Positions 35,133 to 45,300 of a stretch of DNA of 64,000 nt are shown in pieces. This stretch comes from Patescibacteria group bacterium (GTDB lineage: Bacteria > Patescibacteriota > Patescibacteriia > UBA2591 > JAQUPP01): the NCBI GenBank assembly GCA_028716665.1, contig JAQUPP010000001.1, positions 128,467 through 192,466 on the forward strand, given 5' to 3'. Position 1 is the stretch's first letter; every line of letters begins with the position of its first letter. Below the pieces are notes generated by a model. It was not told the DNA's origin. It saw nothing but the letters and a program-made list of their open reading frames with translations, and ran no database searches. A program made the translations under genes and the position numbers.

Positions 35133-37652
35133 ATGGAAGATTATAATTTTGCCAAAATAGAAAAAAAGTGGCAAAAAGTTTGGGAAAAATTGAAGCTTCA
35201 TCAGGCTCAGGATTCTTCCGAAAAGCCCAAACAATATATTTTGGCGGAATTTCCTTATCCTTCCGGTGACGGTCTCCATGTGGGGCACTGCCGCCCTTAT
35301 TTAGCCATGGACGTCTTGGCCAGAAAAAGACGAATGCAAGGGCAAAACGTTCTTTACCCTATGGGTTGGGACGCTTTTGGTTTGCCGACGGAAAATTATG
35401 CCATCAAAAAAGGAATTCATCCGGCCAAAATCACAGCTCAAAATATCGCTGTTTTTAAAAAACAATTTGAATCTTTGGGAATTTCTTTTGATTGGTCTAA
35501 AGAAATTAATACCACTGATCCGAAATATTATAAATGGACGCAATGGATTTTTATCCAATTGTTTAAGAGAGGAATGGCTTATCAATCTGAAATTCCGATT
35601 AACTGGTGTCCAAAATGCAAGATCGGTTTGGCAAATGAAGAAGTGGTTCAGGGAAAATGCGAACGCTGCGGCGCTCAAACTGAGAGGCGGCAAATGAAAC
35701 AATGGATGCTTAAAATTACCGAATATGCAGATCGTTTGATTAAAGAATTGGAAACAGTTGATTATCTGGAAAAAATTAAAACTCAGCAAATCAATTGGAT
35801 TGGCCGAAGCGAAGGAACAAATTTAAAATTTTTAATTAAAGATTCTGATTCGGAAGAAGAACAATCTATTGAAGTTTTTACCACTCGCGTTGATACGATT
35901 TACGGCGTAACGGCTTTGGTAATCGCGCCCGAGCATAAAATGATTGAGACATTAAAATTAAAAATTAAAAATTTGGAAGAAGTGGAAAAATATATTAAAG
36001 CATCTCAAGAAAAATCAGACATGGAAAGAACTGATTTGGCAAAAGAAAAATCAGGCGTCCAATTAAAAGGACTTTTTGCCGTTAATCCGATTAATAAAAA
36101 ATCAGTGCCGATTTTCCTCGGCGATTATGTGATTGCCGCTTATGGCGGAGGCTCGGTTATGGTTGTGCCGGCTCATGATCAAAGAGATTTTGATTTTGCC
36201 CAAAAATACGGATTGGAAATTATTGAGGTAATCAAACCTGACCAAAATCACAAAGCCGCGGAAAAGGGCGCCAATAATGAGTTATTAGAGGCCTTTGAAT
36301 CAGAGGGAATTTTAATCAATTCGGAAGAATTTTCCAATTTAGCTTCTGCTGAAGCAAGAAAAAAAATCACTGAAAGATTGACTTTGGAAAAATCAGGCGG
36401 ACTAAAAATAAATTATAAATTGCGAGATTGGGTTTTTTCCCGTCAGCATTATTGGGGAGAACCGATTCCATTGGTTTTCTGTCAAAAATGCGCTGACAAA
36501 ATAAAAAGTAAGAAACAAGAAGCGGATTGTAAAGAATTTAATCAGGGAGAATTATTAAATCCCGGCTGGACGGCGATTGAAGAAAAAAATTTGCCGGTTG
36601 AGTTGCCTTATCTTAAAAAATATCAGCCGTCAGGAACAGGTGAATCGCCACTCAGCAAATGCGAGAATTGGATAAAAGTGAAATGTCCGCGATGCGGCGC
36701 TTGGGCGAGAAGAGAAACCGACACCATGCCGAATTGGGCCGGTTCAAATTGGTATTTTATCCGTTATCTTGATTCCAAAAATGACAAAACTTTAGCCAGT
36801 CCGGAAAAAATGAAATATTGGTTGCCGGTTGATATTTATAATGGCGGAATGGAACACACAACTTTGCATCTTCTTTATTCCCGTTATTGGTATAAATTTT
36901 TATATGACATTGGCCTCGCGGAAAGCAATGAACCTTATTTTAAGAGAAGATCACACGGAATGATTCTGGCAGAAGATGGCAGGAAAATGAGTAAAAGTTT
37001 TTCCAATGTTGTTAACCCGAATGAGATCGTCAAAAAATATGGCGCTGATACTCTGCGGCTTTATGAAATGTTTATGGGACCGTATGATCAGCCGATTGCT
37101 TGGAACACTCAAACTATTGAAGGGGTTTGGCGTTTTATAAATCGGGTATGGAATTTAGCTTCTCAAACAAATTTAAAATCAGATGTTAAAAATGACGACT
37201 TGGAGTGTTTGATGCATCAGACAATAAAAAAAGTAAGCGAGAATATTGAGAATTTTAAATTCAACACCACGGTTGCCTTTCTAATGGAATATTTGAATGT
37301 TCTGGAAAAATCTCCGAATATCTCCGGCATTAAAACTTTACTTTTATTATTATCTCCTATTACTCCCCATCTTTGTGACGAACTTTGGTCTAAAATTAAT
37401 GGTGGTAAAAAAAGTATTTTTCAAGAAAAATGGCCGGAATTTGATTCTCGATTAGTCAAAGAAAAAGATTTTATTTTAGTTGTTCAAATTAACGGTAAAA
37501 TGAGAGATTCAATTAAAACTCATATTGGCATTACTGAAGAAGAAGCAAGTCGGATTGCTCTTAATAGTCAGAAAATTCAGAAATTTTTGAACGGACAAAA
37601 AATTAAAAAAACAATTTTTATCGCCGGAAGATTAATTAATTTAGTGGTTTAA
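35133..37652 (+). CDS. leuS: Leucine--tRNA ligase
   Basis: IEKKWQ, FPYPSG.GLHVGH, MGWDAFGLP.EN, KLRDW.FSRQ.YWGEP, KMSKS. Start could be 35058, 35094 or 35133. Confidence 0.98.
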   Translation: MEDYNFAKIEKKWQKVWEKLKLHQAQDSSEKPKQYILAEFPYPSGDGLHVGHCRPYLAMDVLARKRRMQGQNVLYPMGWDAFGLPTENYAIKKGIHPAKITAQNIAVFKKQFESLGISFDWSKEINTTDPKYYKWTQWIFIQLFKRGMAYQSEIPINWCPKCKIGLANEEVVQGKCERCGAQTERRQMKQWMLKITEYADRLIKELETVDYLEKIKTQQINWIGRSEGTNLKFLIKDSDSEEEQSIEVFTTRVDTIYGVTALVIAPEHKMIETLKLKIKNLEEVEKYIKASQEKSDMERTDLAKEKSGVQLKGLFAVNPINKKSVPIFLGDYVIAAYGGGSVMVVPAHDQRDFDFAQKYGLEIIEVIKPDQNHKAAEKGANNELLEAFESEGILINSEEFSNLASAEARKKITERLTLEKSGGLKINYKLRDWVFSRQHYWGEPIPLVFCQKCADKIKSKKQEADCKEFNQGELLNPGWTAIEEKNLPVELPYLKKYQPSGTGESPLSKCENWIKVKCPRCGAWARRETDTMPNWAGSNWYFIRYLDSKNDKTLASPEKMKYWLPVDIYNGGMEHTTLHLLYSRYWYKFLYDIGLAESNEPYFKRRSHGMILAEDGRKMSKSFSNVVNPNEIVKKYGADTLRLYEMFMGPYDQPIAWNTQTIEGVWRFINRVWNLASQTNLKSDVKNDDLECLMHQTIKKVSENIENFKFNTTVAFLMEYLNVLEKSPNISGIKTLLLLLSPITPHLCDELWSKINGGKKSIFQEKWPEFDSRLVKEKDFILVVQINGKMRDSIKTHIGITEEEASRIALNSQKIQKFLNGQKIKKTIFIAGRLINLVV

Positions 37653-37655
37653 TTA

Positions 37656-38522
37656 ATGTCGCTTAAACAAGAAACACAAGAAATTTGCAATCAATATCAA
37701 ATTCAACCTTTAAGAAGAAGAGGACAAAATTTTTTAATTAATCAGGACGCGATAAATAAATTATTGGACGCGGCTAATTTGGAAAAATCAGATTGTGTGA
37801 TAGAAATCGGCGCCGGACTTGGAATTTTAACTCAAGAAATATCGGAAAAAGTAAAAAAAGTTTTAGCCGTGGAAATTGACAAGAAATTAATTGAGGTTTT
37901 GAAAGAAAAATTGAAAGATTATAAAAATGTTGAGATTCTACAAGAAGACATTCTTCAAATTCCAAATTCTAGATTCCAAATTCTGGATTCTTACAAGGTG
38001 GTGGCGAATTTGCCTTTTAATATTACCAGCGCGGTTCTAAGAAAATTTTTAGAAAATCCCGACGCCGCAAGGGGTCGGGACTCCGACCAAGAGCGTCGGA
38101 GAAAACCAAAATCAATAACTCTAATCCTTCAAAAAGAAGTTGGAGAGCGCATTCTGGCTCGACCGCCCGAAATGAATCTTTTGGCGATCTCAATTCAATT
38201 TTACAGTCAGCCCAAAAGAATTTTTAAAATTTCAAAAGAAAATTTTTGGCCCAAACCAAAAGTTGATTCAATAATTTTACAAATTATTCCAAATTATGAG
38301 TCAAACAGAACCAATGTAGACGAAGATGTTTTTTTTAAAATTGTCAGAGCCGGTTTTTCTTCGCCGCGAAAATACCTCTTGAATAATTTGGTGAAAAGTG
38401 CTATGGTAAATAAAGAAGAAGGTGAAAATATTTTATCTCAAACAAATCTTTCTCTAAAATCCAGAGCACAGGAATTATCAATTGAAAATTGGATAAATTT
38501 AGTTAATAAAATTAAAAAATAA
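37656..38522 (+). CDS. rsmA: 16S rRNA dimethyladenosine transferase KsgA
   Basis: GQNFL, IEIGAGLG.LT, AVEID, VVANLPFNIT, QKEV.ER, F.PKPKVDS. Confidence 0.95.
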   Translation: MSLKQETQEICNQYQIQPLRRRGQNFLINQDAINKLLDAANLEKSDCVIEIGAGLGILTQEISEKVKKVLAVEIDKKLIEVLKEKLKDYKNVEILQEDILQIPNSRFQILDSYKVVANLPFNITSAVLRKFLENPDAARGRDSDQERRRKPKSITLILQKEVGERILARPPEMNLLAISIQFYSQPKRIFKISKENFWPKPKVDSIILQIIPNYESNRTNVDEDVFFKIVRAGFSSPRKYLLNNLVKSAMVNKEEGENILSQTNLSLKSRAQELSIENWINLVNKIKK

Positions 38523-38526
38523 TTTC

Positions 38527-39240
38527 ATGCCGCAAAAGAAAAATACTTTTATTATAGTTTTTTTCATCTTAATCGGCATTGGCGCCGTTACTCTTGGTTT
38601 TCTGAAAATAAAAGGGGCAATTTATGCTCCTTTTATTAGTTATTCCAAACCAAAATCATTAACCCAAGAAGAGATTTTGGCCGGCTTAAAAATTATTGAT
38701 ACGGATCAAGACGGTTTTTCTGACTTCGACGAACAGTTTAAATATCAAACTTCGGCTTATTTGGCGGACTCTGACAGTGACGGATATTCTGATAAAACCG
38801 AAGTAGACGCGCAGTCCGATCCTTTAAATCTTATTTCAACCCCGCTTAATAAATTGGCAGCGGGAAGTGAAAATAATTTAGAAAAAACATTTTCCAGCCC
38901 CAGTGTTGGGACATTAAATCCAACTTCTAATTTAAGCAATGAGTCTGTTCAGAAAATTCGTGATTTATTGGTGGATAAAGGAGGTTTAAGCCGTGATGTT
39001 GTGGATAAGCTTGATAGCGAAACTCTTCAGAAGTTATATAATGAAACTAAGACAGAAACAGGAATAGATTTGGAAGCAATAGCAACGCCGAATACTGCTT
39101 CGGGCGATTTTTCTGATTTGGATATAAATGAGTTACGTCAACTCTTGATCACGCAAGGAGCGGATCCGGAAATATTAAATAAAATAGATGACGAAACATT
39201 AAAATTAATGTTTTTACAGTCAGCTCAACAATCACAATAA
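38527..39240 (+). CDS. Membrane-anchored protein with DxDxDG Ca-binding (thrombospondin type 3-like) repeats
   Basis: N-terminal TM; DTDQDGFSDFDE and DSDSDGYSDKTE; internal repeat IRDLL...VDKLDSETL / LRQLL...LNKIDDETL. Confidence 0.8.
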   Translation: MPQKKNTFIIVFFILIGIGAVTLGFLKIKGAIYAPFISYSKPKSLTQEEILAGLKIIDTDQDGFSDFDEQFKYQTSAYLADSDSDGYSDKTEVDAQSDPLNLISTPLNKLAAGSENNLEKTFSSPSVGTLNPTSNLSNESVQKIRDLLVDKGGLSRDVVDKLDSETLQKLYNETKTETGIDLEAIATPNTASGDFSDLDINELRQLLITQGADPEILNKIDDETLKLMFLQSAQQSQ

Positions 39241-39305
39241 GCAGAGAAGTAATAATCTGTTAGTTTATTAACTTATTATTTTACTCGTTGGCTTTTAAAT
39301 TTTTT

Positions 39306-42300
39306 ATGAAAGCTAAAAAATTATTAAATTTTAGAATTTTAACCGGGGCGGTTTTATTGGTAATGTTTTTATCGATAATGACTCCGGTTTTATTTTATCC
39401 AAAACAAGCTCAAGCCCAAATGGTAGTTCATGATCCGCTTAAAGTGATAGTGGATAAGGTTTGGGAATTTTTAAAATTAGCTTGGAAAAATGGCGCGGGA
39501 ATCGCTTACAAAAACGCGATTAACACTTATACCAGTCAAATAGCCACGCAAACTGCCGAATGGGTGGCCTCGGGAGGAAAAGGACAAACCCCAATGTTTA
39601 TCGCCGATCCGGACTATTGGGTTAAGGTGGGAGATAATATGTTGGGAGAGTTTATTGACGCGGCCGCAGGACCGAAAGGCTTTTTCGGACAAAGCTTGTG
39701 CGATCCGATTGATCCGACTCTCCGTTTGAACATTTTAATTTCTTTTGATCCGCTTTATCGTCAAAAAACTTGGACACAAGAAAACAAATGTTCTTTCACT
39801 AAAATAAGACAAAGAATCAAAGAGGCAAGTCAAAAAAATTTAATTGAATTTTCCGTGGATTTGAAAGAAGGACCAGTTGGCAGATATCAGTCCAGTTTTA
39901 AATCCATTTTTGAAGCGGACAGTAAATTAAATGAATGGCAGACCGCTGATTGGCCGGGCGGGGATCACAAAACAAATCTGAAAATGATTGCTGATAAAAT
40001 TACAAGCATTCAAAAAGATTTTTCTCAAACCGTTGAGGATTTAAAAGCCAATAAAAACAATACTTCATTAATTCAAAAAGAAAATATTCAAGCTGATTTT
40101 CGAAACAGAATCAATAATAATGTTTGGGGACCGGACGAACCTCCGGCGACACAATATGGACAATATTTGAAATTTTGGCAAAAAAATACGTCAGCCTGCG
40201 CGGCCAAAAATAAAGAAAATTTTTGTCAGGATTTGAATTGTTATAATATCTGCAGCAAAACTGATTGTTTGGGTAATTTTACCAATTGTTTGGCTTATAC
40301 CAATAGAGCCAATCTTTATGTTAAACAATTAATAGATTGGACCAACCAATTGACAGGCATGATTAATAAAACTGATTTTACCGCTTTGACAACCAAAGAA
40401 GAGGTTACCTTGGAAGATATCGGCAGAATGTATTCGGAAGATAATGATTTGAGAATTACTTTAAGTCTCCAATCCAGTTTGATGGAAAAACAAGCCAATG
40501 CGGTATCTAAATCTCAATATTTTCAATCTCTCCAGGGCAGGCTTAATGATGTGACAACAAAAATTTCCGGTTTGACTAAAACTCCGTCATCATTGGTTGA
40601 TACGGCGGCTCGGGAGGCGGTAAAAAATGGCACAGCCAGTCCGATGCAATATACCGGTGTGGCGGTGGCCGACGCAATTGGCATATTTACCAATACTTTA
40701 ATTGATAAACTTTTAAAACAAATTTTTGAGAAAGGCTATAATGTTAATGTTTCACCGGAGGCGGTTAGAACACAGCCATTTTTAAGCGGAGAAGGAGGGT
40801 TGATTACTTTGGGTTCAAACGCGGGTGGATCGCTTTTTTCCGACTTGACAGTGGCTTCTTTGAAAAAAGGCGGGGAAATATCAATTTATGACGAATACTC
40901 AGTTTGCCCACAAGATCCGAAATACGCTTTGCCGAGCAATTGCGTAATGGATTCGGGAATGGTTAGAGCACTTGAAGACAATTTGACTTTAAAACAAGCC
41001 ATGGATAAAAATTTAATTCATTCGGATTGGTTGGTCAGCGGACGAAGTAAAAAAGACGCAGCTACTGATTATTTGGGCCGCTACAGTTTAACCAATATTA
41101 AAAAATTGCGCGCGATCAGAGTTTTTCCATTAGGTTTGGAAATTGCGGCGCAAAAAATTTATGACGGTAAATTGGGTGATGCTCAATTTACTTTAAAAGA
41201 TATTGTTGACGGATTTGATAAAGTCAGTTCAGACGGTGATTGTCGGATTTATATTGATCCTACTAAAACTCCGAAAGAAGGAAGTATGGAAATTCCATGT
41301 CCGGTTTGGGACAATGATCATTGTTATACTAATGTAGGGAAAACAAAAGAATCATTTTCCGCTTCACCTTTTTGTCATTTGGTTGATCCGAATTGGGTTT
41401 TAAAAGCGCCGTCTTTTCAATGTGAAACCATTGCTTATTCGGCTATTCCTTTACCCGGTTCCAACCAACGTCAGGAAACCTGTATTGATATGAAAGATTG
41501 TATTCACGAAGACGCGAATGGGAAATGCGATACTTGGGGTTATTGCACCAGAGAAAAAAATATTTGGCGGGCAGGCGGAAATTCTTGCGACAGCCAATTT
41601 AATACTTGTCAAACTTATACTAAAACCAGCGATAAAAAAAGTTCTTCTTATTTGGCCAATACTTTAAATTTTGCTAATTGCAGCGTCAATGATGTGGGTT
41701 GTAAATGGTATTGTTCCGATTATCAAAAAAGTTTTGGGGCCAATAAGGCAGATATTTGGGCTTGCGAAAAACCGGGAGTATCATTGACTTGCATAGACAG
41801 AGATGAAAGCGGCCAATGTACAACTTATGGGAAAAATGGTACTGAGCAAAATCCTACCCAAAACGCCATTTTCTTTAATCGCAATGTTGAAAAATGCGAC
41901 AAAAATTCAGAGGGCTGCCATGAATATATTCGGACTGCTACTGATTCAAAAATTTATTTAAAAACCGCGCCAGAATGGATGGATTGTGAAGGTGACAGCC
42001 CGAGTTTGGAATGTTCTAATTTCGCCACCAGTTGTGAAAAAGAAGATGTCGGTTGCGGATTATATGCGCCAATCAATAATGATCCGACTATCCCGGGAAT
42101 TGTTTCTGAAGGAAATCGTTGTTCGGAAAAATGTGTTGGAACGAATTATTTCAAAGAAATGAAGACAAATTTTGAAACCAATCAGCCCGACGTGCTGCTA
42201 ATTCCTTCTTTAGCCAAATCTTGTTCTGCGCCGGGTTGCGAAGAATTTACCAATTTAGATGAAGTGGCAAAGGGTGGTGAAGGAATACAATATTATTCTT

Positions 42301-45300
42301 ATATTCGAACTTGCCAAAAACCGGATACGCAAACTTGCGGTTATTATTACACTTGGGTTGGTTCAGATACCAATGGTTATCAATTAAAAAAATATTATTT
42401 AACAGCTGGGGCAGGAGGACCGGCAGAAATTGACAGCCCGTCTGCTCAATTCGGAATATGTGATAAAGACCAAATTTTTACTAATCCTCATTGCAAAGAA
42501 TTTTATGACGCGGATGGAAAAGTAAGTTATCGTATTTACGAAAATACTATTACTTGCTCTGATGATTGTCATCCTTTAAGGATAACTATTCCAACTGGTT
42601 TTGACTCAACTAAATGTTCAAATAGCGGCGGGACATGGGATAATGGAAATTGTATTTATCAAACCATTCCTACTGAAAGCGTTTCTTGTAGCAAGGCCAA
42701 TATCGGCTGCCGAGAATATAAAGGCAACGCCGCCAATAATGTTCGCCAAATTTTAAAAAGTGATTTTGAAGACGCGAAGGACCAAGGTTGGAATGGGACG
42801 CCTGTTAATGAATCAGGAGTTTATACGGGTCATTCATTGCAGAGCCCATCATTTATGATTTCTCACTCAGTTTCTTTAACGAGCGAAAAATCTTATATAC
42901 TTTCTTTCTGGGCCAGGGGCAATGGTGACTACTACTCATTTTTTACAAAAGATAAAGAAACTGTTTGGTTTAATAATAAAGATAAAACAACTATTTTTTC
43001 CGATGATTGGCAAGAAATTAAATTGGGGCCAATTTATTCGAACAATCAATTATCTTCTGGTGATTGGGAACTAAATATTAGAGGTCCTAATGGATTTTAT
43101 GTTGACGATATTATTTTAAAAGAAGTTAAAGACGATTTGAATTTAATCAAAGATTCTTGGAAAACAAAAATGCCTGCTGGATGCACTGTCTCGGGTTGCC
43201 AGGCATATAAAGATCAAAACAACAAACTTCAATATCTGACTTCATTTGCTCGTCTTTGTGATGAAAAATCAGTCGGCTGCGAAGCTTTGATTGACACCAA
43301 AAATTCCACTTCGCCGTTTGCTGAAACATTTAAAAATGGAACAACGGTTCCGGACGACAGTCCGATTTATTTGATCAATGATTCCAAAAAATCCTGTCAA
43401 GAAACAAACAAGGGTTGTCAAAGATTCGGTTTGCCGACGCTTTCTTCCGAAGATACGGTAGTTGGTTGGTCTGATTTATATTTAAGAAATAATCCTGATA
43501 ATTATTCTGCCAAGATTCTTTGCGACAGCGCGAATACCGGTTGCGAAGAATATAAAATCAACGGTTCCGGCAGTTCGGTTTATTTCAAAGATCCGGGCGA
43601 AAATCTTTGCGAATGGCGCGAAAAAATAATGGTCGGAGGAGAAAATAAAACAGGTTGGTTCAAAAAGGGAACCAGCCAGCCTTGCTATTACAACACAGAC
43701 AACACTCCATATCAAATCAATGGTCTTTATAGTATTAAAACAAGTGCTGAACCTGATTATAAAAATATAGCCGGAGTTTGTCCTCAAAAACAAACCGGTT
43801 GCACGCAATTTACTGATTTTGGAGCCACGGTTGGCAATAATTTAATTAATGGCGGAGATTTTGAAACCGGAAATTTGGGTCAATGGACACCTGCCTATGG
43901 TTCAGTAGCAAAACCTGATACAATTCAGCTTTTAAGCGGATTTGGTCAACCTGCTAATTTTTTAAGAATTGAAAGCGACGGTTCAAGTCCTCGTTTTGGC
44001 GTAGCTCAATACCCGGAATTTAATGATTTGCCAAGTGGCGCCAGTTTTAATTTTTCGGCTAAAATTAAATTAGATAATAATCTTACTGATGACGTAAAAG
44101 CGACTGTTTATTTGGACTTATTTTATCGGGGCAATAAAGAATTTGACAATCAAGGTTGTATTGTAAAAATTGACGACAAGTCTGTTCCCCGAGATTGTTC
44201 AGATTCGGAAAGCGCAATTGTTCGGACGTGTGCCGACCAAGGGAAAGATAACTGTACTGGTTCTAATGATTTAGAAAAATCTTATGTACAATGTTTAAAA
44301 GATGTTAATTTGGGAAATGTAAATGGTTGGTGTTTTAATTGGGTTTATGGCTATCAGCCGGCTGTCGGTTGGGGAGGAATTGATACAACCAATAAAGATT
44401 GGATAACTTTGAATAAAACAATTGTTGCCGGCGGAAAAGATAATCCTAAAAATTTGCCTTTATATAAAATAATGGTATCCCCTGTTTTAGTCAAAGGAAA
44501 TGGGACTGCGGGAGTTATTGATATCACAAATAGTAGTGTATATGCTGATTTTGATGATATCAGTTTGAAACAAATTCAAAATTATTATTATCTTGATGAC
44601 GACAAGTTGGATCAATCTTCCTGTCAAGGCAATGTTTCACAAAAACAAGATTGCATTCTCTTACTTGATTCAAGTTTAAAAAATGCCGATGGTCAAGTTT
44701 TGGCCACTTATAATACTTTTGCCACTTACAAAAAATCGGAAGCAACTAATCCAAAATACGGATTGGTTTCGCCGGTTGATTGTACAAAAGGAGTACCACA
44801 AACTGGCAAAAGTTGTACAGATGCTGAATATACAAATACAGATTATTGTAAATATTGTTCGTCTTACGGACAAATTAAAAATGACGCGAATACAATTCTT
44901 AAAGTCCGGCAAGATAGAACTTGCGGCGAATGGCTGACTTGCACCAGCTCGCGTTCAGAATGGGATAAAACTAGCGGTTCTTTTAAAGATATTTGTGAAG
45001 CGGTTGGCCGTTGCGACAAATTGATCGGCACTGGAAATGCGAATCAATGCGGTCATCTGATTTGGGAAAATGACCCGAAAGTTTTAGCCGATAATATATA
45101 TCAAAACCGAGATGTTTCTTGGAGCGGGATGGATTACGCCGGCCACTCAATTTACAATATGTACCCGATTGAAAGATTATGGGCCAAGGAATATAACGGT
45201 GTTTACAGATTAAGTTATCTTGATACAAACGGGAGCGTTTATGGAGTCGATGGAATTAAACTTAAATCGTCGATACAACCAGATAGTGAGATTAATTCAA

